40,081 nucleotides of DNA from Mycoplasmatota bacterium. Its GTDB lineage: Bacteria > Bacillota_I > Bacilli_A > Izemoplasmatales > Izemoplasmataceae. Both the position numbers and the translations under genes were made by a program. The notes below the pieces were generated by a model, which worked only from the letters and a program-made list of their open reading frames with translations, was not told the DNA's origin and ran no database searches. Below are positions 9,776-19,700 of this stretch, piece by piece (position 1 is the stretch's first letter; every line of letters starts with the position of its first letter). The DNA is taken from assembly GCA_022712785.1 (NCBI GenBank), contig JAFLJX010000213.1, positions 1-40,081 on the forward strand. The letters run 5' to 3'.

Positions 9776-9892
9776 TGTAGGCAAATATATGATAATTTGT
9801 ATCTAGTAACCCCGCTGTCAATTCGCTCGTATTATGGTGACTAGAAGAAAAAGGCAGATTGTAAGTAACCTCACCAACAAAAATATCCATTA

Positions 9893-10375
9893 CTATAATT
9901 GTCTTGGTTTTGCCTGAGGCCAAAATAGTTTTGTAATATCTGCTTTTTTTGGCTTTAATTGATAAAGTCTTTGATTTGTTATTACACTTTCTAATCCTCC
10001 AAAGCCTTCTAGATATTCGCCAACCTTAAGATATGTTAAATTATACTTTAATGCTCGTGAGACATCCTTGAAGTTCATTCTTGTATATAGTGCTGTTTGT
10101 ATTTTGTATCTTTTAGCTATTTTCAATAAGTAATTAAGTCTATTTTCTTCCCATTCTCCACCTAAAAATAAAATACATGAAATTTGGTTTATATATTTTT
10201 CAATTAAACTAATAAATATTTGATCTGTTAGTAATTCTCCATTATTTTTATCATGTAGAAAAGGACTATGGCAATTTTTACATGGCCCTTCGCACCCTGT
10301 GATAGAAAACGCTAAAGTTATTTCTCTAGGTATCTCATTAAAAACAATAGAATATTTATGATAACGCATTAGCAC
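9893..10375 (-). CDS. nrdG: Anaerobic ribonucleoside-triphosphate reductase activating protein (radical SAM).
   Basis: CEGPCKNC (CxxxCxxC) cluster motif, ~158 aa. It overlaps the nrdD stop. The start may be the ATG at 10369. Confidence 0.85.
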   Translation of the reverse strand: MLMRYHKYSIVFNEIPREITLAFSITGCEGPCKNCHSPFLHDKNNGELLTDQIFISLIEKYINQISCILFLGGEWEENRLNYLLKIAKRYKIQTALYTRMNFKDVSRALKYNLTYLKVGEYLEGFGGLESVITNQRLYQLKPKKADITKLFWPQAKPRQL

Positions 10376-12164
10376 TATATCTTTTCTCTGCCTCTTTTTG
10401 TCTATCTTTTGAAAAGTTTTTTATTCTTTTAAGATATCCTATTACCCTAGTTGCGTAGTCTACATCATAACTAGAACACATTGGGCATTTATTATGTGTA
10501 GCTTTGTCAATGTGCCCACATGCATTACATATTGTATTTAAAACATTAATTGTCCAATAATTTGTCTTATTAATTGCAGCAATTTTTAGCATCTTTAGAT
10601 ATTGCTCATAATCTAGATGTTCATCTAGATTTAAATGTAGTGCACTACCACCATCTAAATATTTTATATATCTTTCCCCATGCAAAATGAATTTATCAAC
10701 TGGATTTGTCGTTTCATCTTCAACAACATAAAAGTAACTGTTGTAACATTCTCTTTTTACTTGTAAATTATCATTTCTATCCCATAATGCATTTTTAACC
10801 CCTAAGTTCTCAGCAGGTACAAATTCTGTATTAAACATTACTCCATAATTTTTCTTTGCAAGCTTATTTTCATCATAAATTGGTTTCAAGATTTTATTAA
10901 CAAAATCATTATACTTATTATTATCATTTATTTCTATATTTAAAAACTCAGCGGCCTCAACAAGTCCATTAACCCCTATGGTTAGAAATTGTTTTTCTAG
11001 AGAAATAAATCCTGCATTATATGCTGGAAGCAAATTCTTTTTAAGAAAATCCTTAATTATTGAGAGATATGCATATTGATATTTATGAACCTTTTTTATC
11101 TGTTCTTTGATATCTATATTCTTTTGGACTATTCTGTTTAAATTCATAGTAATTACATTGATACTTCCTGTAGATACCCCACCCGCACCTAAAGAGTAAC
11201 TAAATGTATTATCACTAAATTCATTTCTAAGGCGACAACAAGAAGCTAAACTATCTGCTTTTTCGCTCATATAAATAAACATACTTTGACCTTCACTTAA
11301 TTCCTTGGCTGTAACCCTTCTATATTCTTCATCATAAACATCATTATCCTTTGTTAACAGTGCCATTGTAACAACAGGAAAAGTCAAGAGTGATTTTTGT
11401 CTTTCAGAATTAAACCACGATAAAAACTTCTGTTGAAGTCTGTTTATGCTGTCCCAATTAGGTTTATTCCCATCAGGGAAAACAAAATCAGAGAATAGGG
11501 CCTGAAAATAATATTTATCAAATACCGTAATATTCCAAAATACACTTTGATATCCCCTAGCTGCAGCTGGTTGATTGATTGAATAAACAACTTGTTGAAA
11601 ATATCCCTCAAGTTTTTTCTCAATAGTCTTGGGATTTTTCCCTAAAGCAACAACTTTATTATATTCCAGGTAATAATCATCACCCCATTCTTTACTAGCA
11701 TAATAATCAAAATACATTAAAAACTCTACTGTTGCAATTGCTCCGGCGAATTGACTTGCAAGTGCAAATACTAGATTGATAAATGACCCACAAAAAGAAT
11801 CAATGTTTTTGGGAGGTTTTGAATCTCCTCCTAAACTTTGTAATCCTTCTAACAAGAAAGGATACATACTTACACTAGCGCAGTAAGGTTTTAAAGATGT
11901 TTCATCATGTGTATATATTTCATGTGATTCAAGTTGCCTAATATATTCTTTACTTAAGTCTTCGTTGTATAAACTTTTTATCTTTTCGTACATTAAGTGT
12001 CGATTTAGTAAGATATTGTCAAACTTATTTATTTCGACACTTAATGTCGCAATATTTTTAGAGGTTACATTAGCATTTGAATCATATTTTGATGCTGTTG
12101 CTGCATTCCCTTCCCCAATATAATTTTCAATTATTTCAATGTTTCTTTGTATAGTAGTTTTCAT
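10356..12164 (-). CDS. nrdD: Anaerobic (class III) ribonucleoside-triphosphate reductase.
   Basis: C-terminal zinc ribbon CNACGH...CPMCSS followed by the glycyl-radical loop ATRVIGYLKR. 602 aa, AAAGGAG RBS, followed by nrdG. Confidence 0.9.
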   Translation of the reverse strand: MKTTIQRNIEIIENYIGEGNAATASKYDSNANVTSKNIATLSVEINKFDNILLNRHLMYEKIKSLYNEDLSKEYIRQLESHEIYTHDETSLKPYCASVSMYPFLLEGLQSLGGDSKPPKNIDSFCGSFINLVFALASQFAGAIATVEFLMYFDYYASKEWGDDYYLEYNKVVALGKNPKTIEKKLEGYFQQVVYSINQPAAARGYQSVFWNITVFDKYYFQALFSDFVFPDGNKPNWDSINRLQQKFLSWFNSERQKSLLTFPVVTMALLTKDNDVYDEEYRRVTAKELSEGQSMFIYMSEKADSLASCCRLRNEFSDNTFSYSLGAGGVSTGSINVITMNLNRIVQKNIDIKEQIKKVHKYQYAYLSIIKDFLKKNLLPAYNAGFISLEKQFLTIGVNGLVEAAEFLNIEINDNNKYNDFVNKILKPIYDENKLAKKNYGVMFNTEFVPAENLGVKNALWDRNDNLQVKRECYNSYFYVVEDETTNPVDKFILHGERYIKYLDGGSALHLNLDEHLDYEQYLKMLKIAAINKTNYWTINVLNTICNACGHIDKATHNKCPMCSSYDVDYATRVIGYLKRIKNFSKDRQKEAEKRYSANALS

Positions 12165-12271
12165 AATATTTTCTCCTTTTGTAATAATAAACTCTCCTTT
12201 ATAGTTTTCATGTAATATATTTTACTTTGTCCTGTCTACTTTAAAGAAGTTACAAATCTGATGTATATTTT

Positions 12272-12835
12272 TTATTTCCTTCTCGATTTTAATTTTCTGT
12301 ACCCGCCGTAAATAAGTTTAACATCATCTACAGTTATAACTACATTTTCTTGATAAGTCTTAAGCTCTTTTACCAGTAAATTAAGCCTTTTTCTTGGAAT
12401 ATAAAAAAGCAATATACTCCTTGGTAAAAACATCCCTTGAGCCTCTATAGTTGTTATTGCGTACCCTTTTCCTCGTAATATAGCTACTAAAGAATTCACA
12501 TGATCTCTTATTACATTAGCTTCAACACGCACATTGCCAAGAGCTATTTTATTTTCAATAACAGTTCCAATAAATTGTCCCCCTGCAAAACCTGCAGCAT
12601 AAACAAGTGCTTTTATGGGATCGTTTGATATCCCTATTAAAACAGTAGTAACCAAAAACAACCATAACAATATTTCAAAAAATGAAAGGAGTGATCCTAT
12701 TAATTTCTGTCCCCTTGTTATTAGAATGATTCTAACAACCTCAACCGATACTTCAATCATCTTTTAAAAAAATATCATTAAATATAAGGCTATCGATCCT
12801 CGAAATACAGATGTTATTTGTTCTAAAGCAATCAT
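12272..12835 (-). pseudogene. UPF0316 (DUF5698/DUF2179, YebE-like) membrane protein gene interrupted by an in-frame TAA.
   Basis: ORF track gives 12272..12760. The same frame continues upstream through a TAA at 12764-12766 to ATG 12833-12835, which has AAGGTGG 6 nt upstream. The joined product reads MIALEQITSVFRGSIALYLMIFF*KMIEVSVEVVRIILITRGQK. The upstream piece supplies the first TM helix that full-length family members (B. subtilis YebE and the S. aureus homologue, as I recall them) have before the conserved T-x-R-x-I-L-x-x-K/R-G motif. Confidence 0.6.
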
Positions 12836-12910
12836 ACTAGCCACCTTTTTTTATAATTTATCATTAATTTCCCAAAACAATTATCTCTACCTAACAGTAA
12901 AAATTATTAA

Positions 12911-13405
12911 TTAATATGATTTACTAATAAATTCTATTTCAGATATATTATTTATTTTATTTGCGTATAATGCCGCTATTAGAGAGTAGTTTGAAATCAT
13001 ATTTGTAAAATCAAATAAAACATCTTCAACAATTATGCCTTCCGTTTTTACTTGGTACATTTTTCTTACTACTTCTTTTCCTAAACATCTAGCAATATGT
13101 AAACTAGACGCCAATGAAGAACCTTGTGGAATCACAAATTTTGGATCGCACTTTGTGTATTCTTCATAGAACTCACAACGAGCCTTCAAAAAGGAGACGT
13201 GACTCCCATCAATTGATATTTTTCCTCGAATACTGCCATTTAAATGATATACAAGTTCTGTAATAAATATTAGTTCATTTTTGAAGTTACCTTTAGCCAA
13301 ACTTGCACAGAAACCCAGTTGAGACGCCAACTTATCTGTTAAAATCTCAAATTCTACTTTTTTACTTTCCTCATATAGGAAAGGACAACATAATTCATTT
13401 CTCAT
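12911..13405 (-). CDS. Divergent PduO-type cob(I)alamin adenosyltransferase-like protein that lacks the N-terminal ATP motif.
   Basis: KFVIPQGSSLASSLHIARCLGKEVVRKM aligns to the FILPGGS..A..LH.ART..RRAER core of PduO-type enzymes, and VLFDFTNMISNYSLIAA aligns to the LNRLSDYLF helix. The start is set to ATG 13405 (AAAGGAG 5 nt upstream). The ORF-track extension to 13489 runs into the riboswitch platform. Confidence 0.6.
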   Translation of the reverse strand: MRNELCCPFLYEESKKVEFEILTDKLASQLGFCASLAKGNFKNELIFITELVYHLNGSIRGKISIDGSHVSFLKARCEFYEEYTKCDPKFVIPQGSSLASSLHIARCLGKEVVRKMYQVKTEGIIVEDVLFDFTNMISNYSLIAALYANKINNISEIEFISKSY

Positions 13406-13516
13406 CTTTTCTCCTTTTCTGTATTCTCTAGGCAATAAAAAAAGACCCTTCTCCAAAAAAAGAAAAAAGCCAACGCAATTAAGCATCATCTCATTACCCA
13501 GGAGAATACTATTATT

Positions 13517-13660
13517 TATGGTAGGTCTACCGACTTAATTTCATCCTACTTTGCACCTTCCCGCTAAAAGCAGTGGTATTTTGCATTTCGTCCATATTAC
13601 GGTTGCTGGGACAGCTTGAGATTTAAACTCAATTCCCTGTTATGTACAATGTACACCATA
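13517..13660 (-). promoter_or_regulatory. Cobalamin (B12) riboswitch aptamer.
   Basis: The minus strand reads TATGG...CAGGGAATTGAGTTTAAATCTCAAGCTGTCCCAGCAACCGTAA...CCACTG...GCGGGAAGG...AAGTCGGTAGACCTACCATA. It contains the conserved GGGAA, GCTG-CCC-GCAAC-GTAA and CCACTG-GGGAAGG blocks, a B12 box (AGTCGGTAGACCTACC) and a closing P1 (TATGG/CCATA). Confidence 0.85.
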
Positions 13661-13679
13661 AAAATATTTGATTACTAAA

Positions 13680-13708
13680 ATTATATCACTTGTCGTATGT
13701 CAATGCAA
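13680..13708 (-). promoter_or_regulatory. Candidate sigma-A promoter for the riboswitch transcript (extended -10).
   Basis: On the minus strand: TTGCAT (13703-13708), a 17-nt spacer ending in TG-A, then TATAAT (13680-13685). It overlaps the 3' arm of the 13681-13720 hairpin, so promoter and terminator readings compete. Confidence 0.35.
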
Positions 13709-13724
13709 CAAGTGATATAATTCA
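13681..13724 (-). terminator. Hairpin plus T-tract, a possible second terminator after purA.
   Basis: TTATATCACTTGT / 14-nt loop / ACAAGTGATATAA form a perfect 13-bp stem, followed on the minus strand by TTTTAG. Confidence 0.45.
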
Positions 13725-13763
13725 AATTAATTTTATCTTAGTTTCACTGCTTTATATATTAAT

Positions 13764-13794
13764 AAGTGTCAAATACTAATTGTATTTGACACTT
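13764..13794 (-). terminator. Hairpin immediately after the purA stop.
   Basis: AAGTGTCAAATAC / loop TAATT / GTATTTGACACTT form a perfect 13-bp stem 4 nt from the stop. The minus-strand tail is only moderately T-rich. Confidence 0.5.
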
Positions 13795-13798
13795 ACTT

Positions 13799-15094
<1,296 letters not shown>

Positions 15095-16507
15095 CTATAT
15101 TGTATTAATTATATGTCTTGCTATCCAAACTCCGTTTGCCCCTGCTTGCGCTAAACCACGCGTTATTCCAGCTCCGTCTCCACCTAAATATAATCCTTTT
15201 ACTGGAGACTCGAAGTTTTTATCAACTTTTACTCTTGCACTATAAAATTTTGCTTCTACACCATAAAACAATGTATGTTCACTTGCAATACCTGGGGTTA
15301 CTTTATCTAAAGCTTCTATCATTTCCATAATAGCTTTCATTGTATTATATGGTAATACTAACCCTAAATCACCTGGTACAGCTTCTTTAAGAGTTGGAAC
15401 AACAAATCCTTCTTTCAAGCGCTTTTCCGTTGTTCTTCTACCTTTGATTATGTCACCATATTTCTGAATAATGATTGATCCATTACTTAACATATTTGCT
15501 AATCTACTTACTTCATTAGCAAATTCATTTGGTTGATTGAATGGTTCACTAAAACTATGTGAAACTAATAATGCAAAGTTAGTATTTCTACTCCCTTTTT
15601 TAGGGTCGTGATAAGAATGACCATTTGCAACCATTGTTCCACTGTGGTTTTCAATAACTACGTGTCCACTTGGGTTTGAACAAAAAGTTCTAACAATGGT
15701 TCCAACACTTGCCCTATATATAAATTTACCTTCATAGAGGTTTTCATTGATTTCTTCCATAATCTCGTTATTTGTTTCTACTCTAACTCCAATATCTACT
15801 TGATTAGATTTACTTGGAATATTGTACTTTTCACAAATCTTCTTAAGCCATGATGATCCATCGCGTCCTGGTGCAATAACTACTTTTTTTGCATAAGCAG
15901 TATCTCCACCAAATTTTATTCCTTTAACAGTGCCATCTACCACTATTAAATCAGTCACTTCTGTTTTATATTTCATATCGACTTTACTTTCCAAAGTCTT
16001 ATAAATTCTTTTTAGGATTTCTAAATTTTCTTCTGTTCCTAAATGTCTTACTTTTGATCTTAAAAGTTTAAGACCTACTGCCATACCTTTTTTCTCTATC
16101 TCTTTAACTTTAAGAGTTGTTGGATCAGTAATAACCTTTGAAGCCCCATGTTCTAAATTTATTGAATCAACATAGTTAATTAGGCCTTCTACAACATCTC
16201 TTTCAAGGTACTCAGTCATCCATCCGCCAAACTCACTTGTTATATTAAATTTGCCATCTGAATACGCTCCTGCTCCACCAAATCCACTGGTGATTGAACA
16301 AGCAGGAGAGCAGCCACTTACTCCTTTTTTGTCTTGTGGGCATTTTGATATTTTCTTTTCCAATATTGGACAATGTCTAGAAAATATATCAACGCCTTTA
16401 TCTACTAATAACACTCTTAAATCTGGTTTTTTAACAGTTAATTCATAGCTTGTAAAAATACCTGCAGGTCCAGCTCCAACTACAATAATATCGTAATTAT
16501 ATTCCAT
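15095..16507 (-). CDS. FAD-dependent oxidoreductase of the COG2509 (NAD(FAD)-utilizing dehydrogenase) type.
   Basis: DIIVVGAGPAGIF dinucleotide fold at the N-terminus, a C-terminal GGDGAG.TRGL block, 470 aa, AAGGAGG RBS. It ends 10 nt before purA, so the two are probably co-transcribed. Confidence 0.75.
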   Translation of the reverse strand: MEYNYDIIVVGAGPAGIFTSYELTVKKPDLRVLLVDKGVDIFSRHCPILEKKISKCPQDKKGVSGCSPACSITSGFGGAGAYSDGKFNITSEFGGWMTEYLERDVVEGLINYVDSINLEHGASKVITDPTTLKVKEIEKKGMAVGLKLLRSKVRHLGTEENLEILKRIYKTLESKVDMKYKTEVTDLIVVDGTVKGIKFGGDTAYAKKVVIAPGRDGSSWLKKICEKYNIPSKSNQVDIGVRVETNNEIMEEINENLYEGKFIYRASVGTIVRTFCSNPSGHVVIENHSGTMVANGHSYHDPKKGSRNTNFALLVSHSFSEPFNQPNEFANEVSRLANMLSNGSIIIQKYGDIIKGRRTTEKRLKEGFVVPTLKEAVPGDLGLVLPYNTMKAIMEMIEALDKVTPGIASEHTLFYGVEAKFYSARVKVDKNFESPVKGLYLGGDGAGITRGLAQAGANGVWIARHIINTI

Positions 16508-16528
16508 ATTAGTATCCTCCTTAAAAAT

Positions 16529-16556
16529 AAAAAAATGTACCCAACATACAGGTACA
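16529..16556 (-). terminator. Leader terminator/attenuator hairpin upstream of the COG2509-purA operon.
   Basis: On the minus strand, TGTACC / 9-nt loop / GGTACA followed by T7, about 20 nt before the AAGGAGG RBS. Confidence 0.45.
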
Positions 16557-16615
16557 CGAGTAGCGTACTCTATTATTAATTGCTTGGTACGCCATTTAAG
16601 TTATTTTCCAATTAA

Positions 16616-16644
16616 ATATTAACAAACTTTATATGTGTTGTCAA
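16616..16644 (-). promoter_or_regulatory. Sigma-A type promoter for the COG2509-purA operon.
   Basis: On the minus strand: TTGACA (16639-16644), a 17-nt spacer ending TGT, then TAATAT (16616-16621), which gives an extended -10 context. Confidence 0.55.
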
Positions 16645-16680
16645 TAAAACAATTTTTTTTATAATATTAGTAAGTATAAT

Positions 16681-16705
16681 AAAAAGGGCTACAAACAGCC
16701 CTTTT
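16681..16705 (-). terminator. Intrinsic terminator after mfd.
   Basis: AAAAGGGCT / ACAAAC / AGCCCTTTT; on the minus strand the GC stem is followed by TTTTT, 8 nt after the mfd stop. Confidence 0.75.
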
Positions 16706-16712
16706 ACAATAA

Positions 16713-19700
16713 TTACATAATCTCTAATAATTCCACAATATAAAAAAGATAGTGTTTATCTAATTTTATTGTATCAATAATAATATTTAATTTGTCTAAA
16801 CGATAAGTGAATCTAATAAACTTACTTATATCATTTGCTTTCATGAACAAGTATTCACCGTTTATATTTTGTGATTTTTCTTTAGAAATAATAAAACTAA
16901 TATTGTTTTTTGTTTCTCTTATTTTTTCTATCCCATGTTTCATAGCTAGATGTTCAAATAGTTTCTCATACATATATAATATTACTTCTTTTGATGGAAT
17001 ACCAAATCTATCTTTTAGTTCATCTATTAGTGAATTAATATCTTCTTTAGACTGGATATTAGCTATTTTACGGTGTATTTCTATTTTTATAAAATCATTT
17101 TTTACATAGTTATCATCAATGAATTTATTTACTTGAACTTTAATTGTTGGTACTTGAGGTATCTCTTCAGGATCAACTTTTTCTCCTCTTTGTATAGCAA
17201 TTTCATCTTTTAGCATTCCTAAATATAGATCAATTCCTATACTATCCATGAATCCTGATTGTTCACTACCTAAAATGTCTCCTGCTCCTCTTATTGATAA
17301 GTCTCTTATGGCTATTTTGAATCCACTTCCCAATTCAGTAAATTCTTTTATTACTTTTAATCTTTTGATTGCTTCTTCAGTTAATTGTTTGTTTTTAGCA
17401 TACATTAGATATGAATATGCAATTCTGTCACTTCTTCCAACTCTTCCTCTTATTTGGTAAAGTTGTGAAAGACCAAGTCTATCCGAATCGTGAATAAGTA
17501 ATGTATTTGCATTGGGAATATCAATTCCTGTTTCAATTATTGTTGTGGATACTAATACGTCGTATTCTTTATCTAAAAAGCTTTCTATTACATTTTCCAA
17601 TTTAATTCTACTCATCTTCCCATGTGCAAAACAAACTCTTGCTTCAGGGACTAGTCTTTGGATTTTATTAGCTACAAGATTTATGTCTTCTACTTTATTA
17701 TACAAATAAAATACTTGTCCATCTCTAGCCAATTCCCGGTATATTGCATCTCTTGTAATTGTGTCATTTCTCTCTAAAACATATGTTTGAATTGGATATC
17801 TATTTGCAGGAGGCGTTTCCAATAAGCTCATGCTTTTAACTCCCATTATTGCCATTTGTAAAGTTCTTGGAATTGGAGTTGCACTCAATGATAAAACATC
17901 AATGTTTACTTTGATTTCCTTTATCTTTTCTTTGTGTTCTACACCAAATCTTTGTTCTTCATCTATTATAAGGAGTCCTAAATCACTAAAAGCGATGTCT
18001 TTAGATAATATCCTATGTGTTCCTATTATGATATCAACATTTCCTAACTTAATTTGTTCTAAAATTTTCTTTTGTTTTGATTTAGTGATAAACCTGTTTA
18101 GTAGTTCTACTTTAATACCATGTTTGTCCAATCTATCTTTAAAAGTATGGTAGTGTTGACGGGTAAGCACTGTAGTAGGGGCTAAATATGCAACTTGTTT
18201 ATTATCTAAAACTGCTTTAAAAGCTGCTCTTATTGCAACTTCTGTTTTACCATATCCTACATCACCACATAATAACCTATCCATAGGCATTGAGGATTCC
18301 ATATCTTTTTTTATATCTTCTATAGAACTTAATTGATCAACTGTCTCTTGGTAAGGAAAATCAGCTTCAAATTCAATTTGTAAATCAGTATCCTTACTAA
18401 ATGCGAATCCTTTTGCTTCTTCTCTTGCTGCATATAATTTTATTAATTTATCAGCAATATCTTTTATTTTCTTTCTTACTTTTTGTTTTGTTTTAGCCCA
18501 TTCTGCTCCGCCTAATTTATTTAATCTAGGATTTAATCCTTCACTACCAACGAATTTTTGAATTAGTTTAATATTTTCTATTGGAATATAAAGGGAATCA
18601 TCACCTTTATATGCAATATGTATATAGTCATTAGTATTTTTACCTAAAGTCATGGTTATTACACCTAAAAATCTACCAATACCATGATCATAATGAACTA
18701 TATGATCTCCTTTTTTAAGTTCTTCTACATTTGTTAATTTTTTTGTATCTTTAATTGAAGATTTATATCTAGCCTTTTTAAGTTCTTTTCTTTTAAATAG
18801 ATTGTCTTCGTTTAGTAATATAGTATTTATATCAAACAACTCAAAACTAACTGCATTTTCTTCAACTATTAAGTTTACTCTTTTTTTTTGAATTTGATCA
18901 TTTCTACCAATTATTGAGTAATTTATTTTTTCATCAATGAGATTTACAAATTGTTTAAGATTCTTATCATTATTAAATGCAACAATTAAAGTTGTATACT
19001 TATCATACTTTTTAAAATCAGAAATAGCCATGTGAATATTGTTATTATAAAGTGTCGTTTCTTTTGCTCTAACGTTAATAACATTAGATTTAGTACTAAT
19101 TTTACTATCTCCAAAAACGTCTAAATATAGCGATTTACCGTTATAAATATAGTTAAAATCTTTAATTAGATCAAATCCAACTTTAGGGTAGTCTTCTGTA
19201 TTTTCATACCAGTCAGTTATATCTCTAACTATCTCACTATAATTATCTTTAATTTTCTTATGATCCCAGTAAACTACCGTTTTATTTCCTAGGTAATCAA
19301 CAATCGTTTCTGGTTTATCAACTAAAATTGAAATATATCTTGAAAGTTTTTCAATATCGTTATGATTTTCTAAGTTCTCTAAATCATTTTGTATTCTAGT
19401 TAATGTATCATCATTAAAAGAATTATTTTTGATTTTTAAATTGATTTTATCTTTTATTATGCTTAACTCTTCGTCTGTATAGAAAAACTCGTATAGTGGG
19501 TAAATATCAACGTTTGTAGTCTTTATGTTTGATCTTTGTGTATTAATATCAAAATACCTAATAGAATCTACTTCATCATCAAAAAAGTCTATTCTTATAG
19601 GATTTTCTGAGTTAAGTGGGTAAATATCTAAAATACTACCTCTTAAACTAAATTCTCCCTGTTTTTCTACACTTAATTCTCTTTTATATCCATATGAAAT

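Noticed and set aside
12208-12225. A possible NrdR box (TCATGTAATATATTTTAC) upstream of nrdD.
   Set aside because: Only the AATATATT core is palindromic. About 10 of 15 positions match my recollection of the NrdR consensus, and I found no second box at the usual ~31-nt spacing.
13406-13489. The N-terminal extension of the PduO-like ORF (MMLNCVGFFLFLEKGLFLLPREYRKGEK).
   Set aside because: This segment is the riboswitch expression platform. The internal ATG at 13405 has a proper AAAGGAG SD, and the extension has none.
16508-16615. A purine (guanine/adenine) riboswitch upstream of the purA-containing operon.
   Set aside because: The leader lacks the conserved three-way-junction core sequences of the purine aptamer and is too short. 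I kept it only as an unclassified attenuator candidate.
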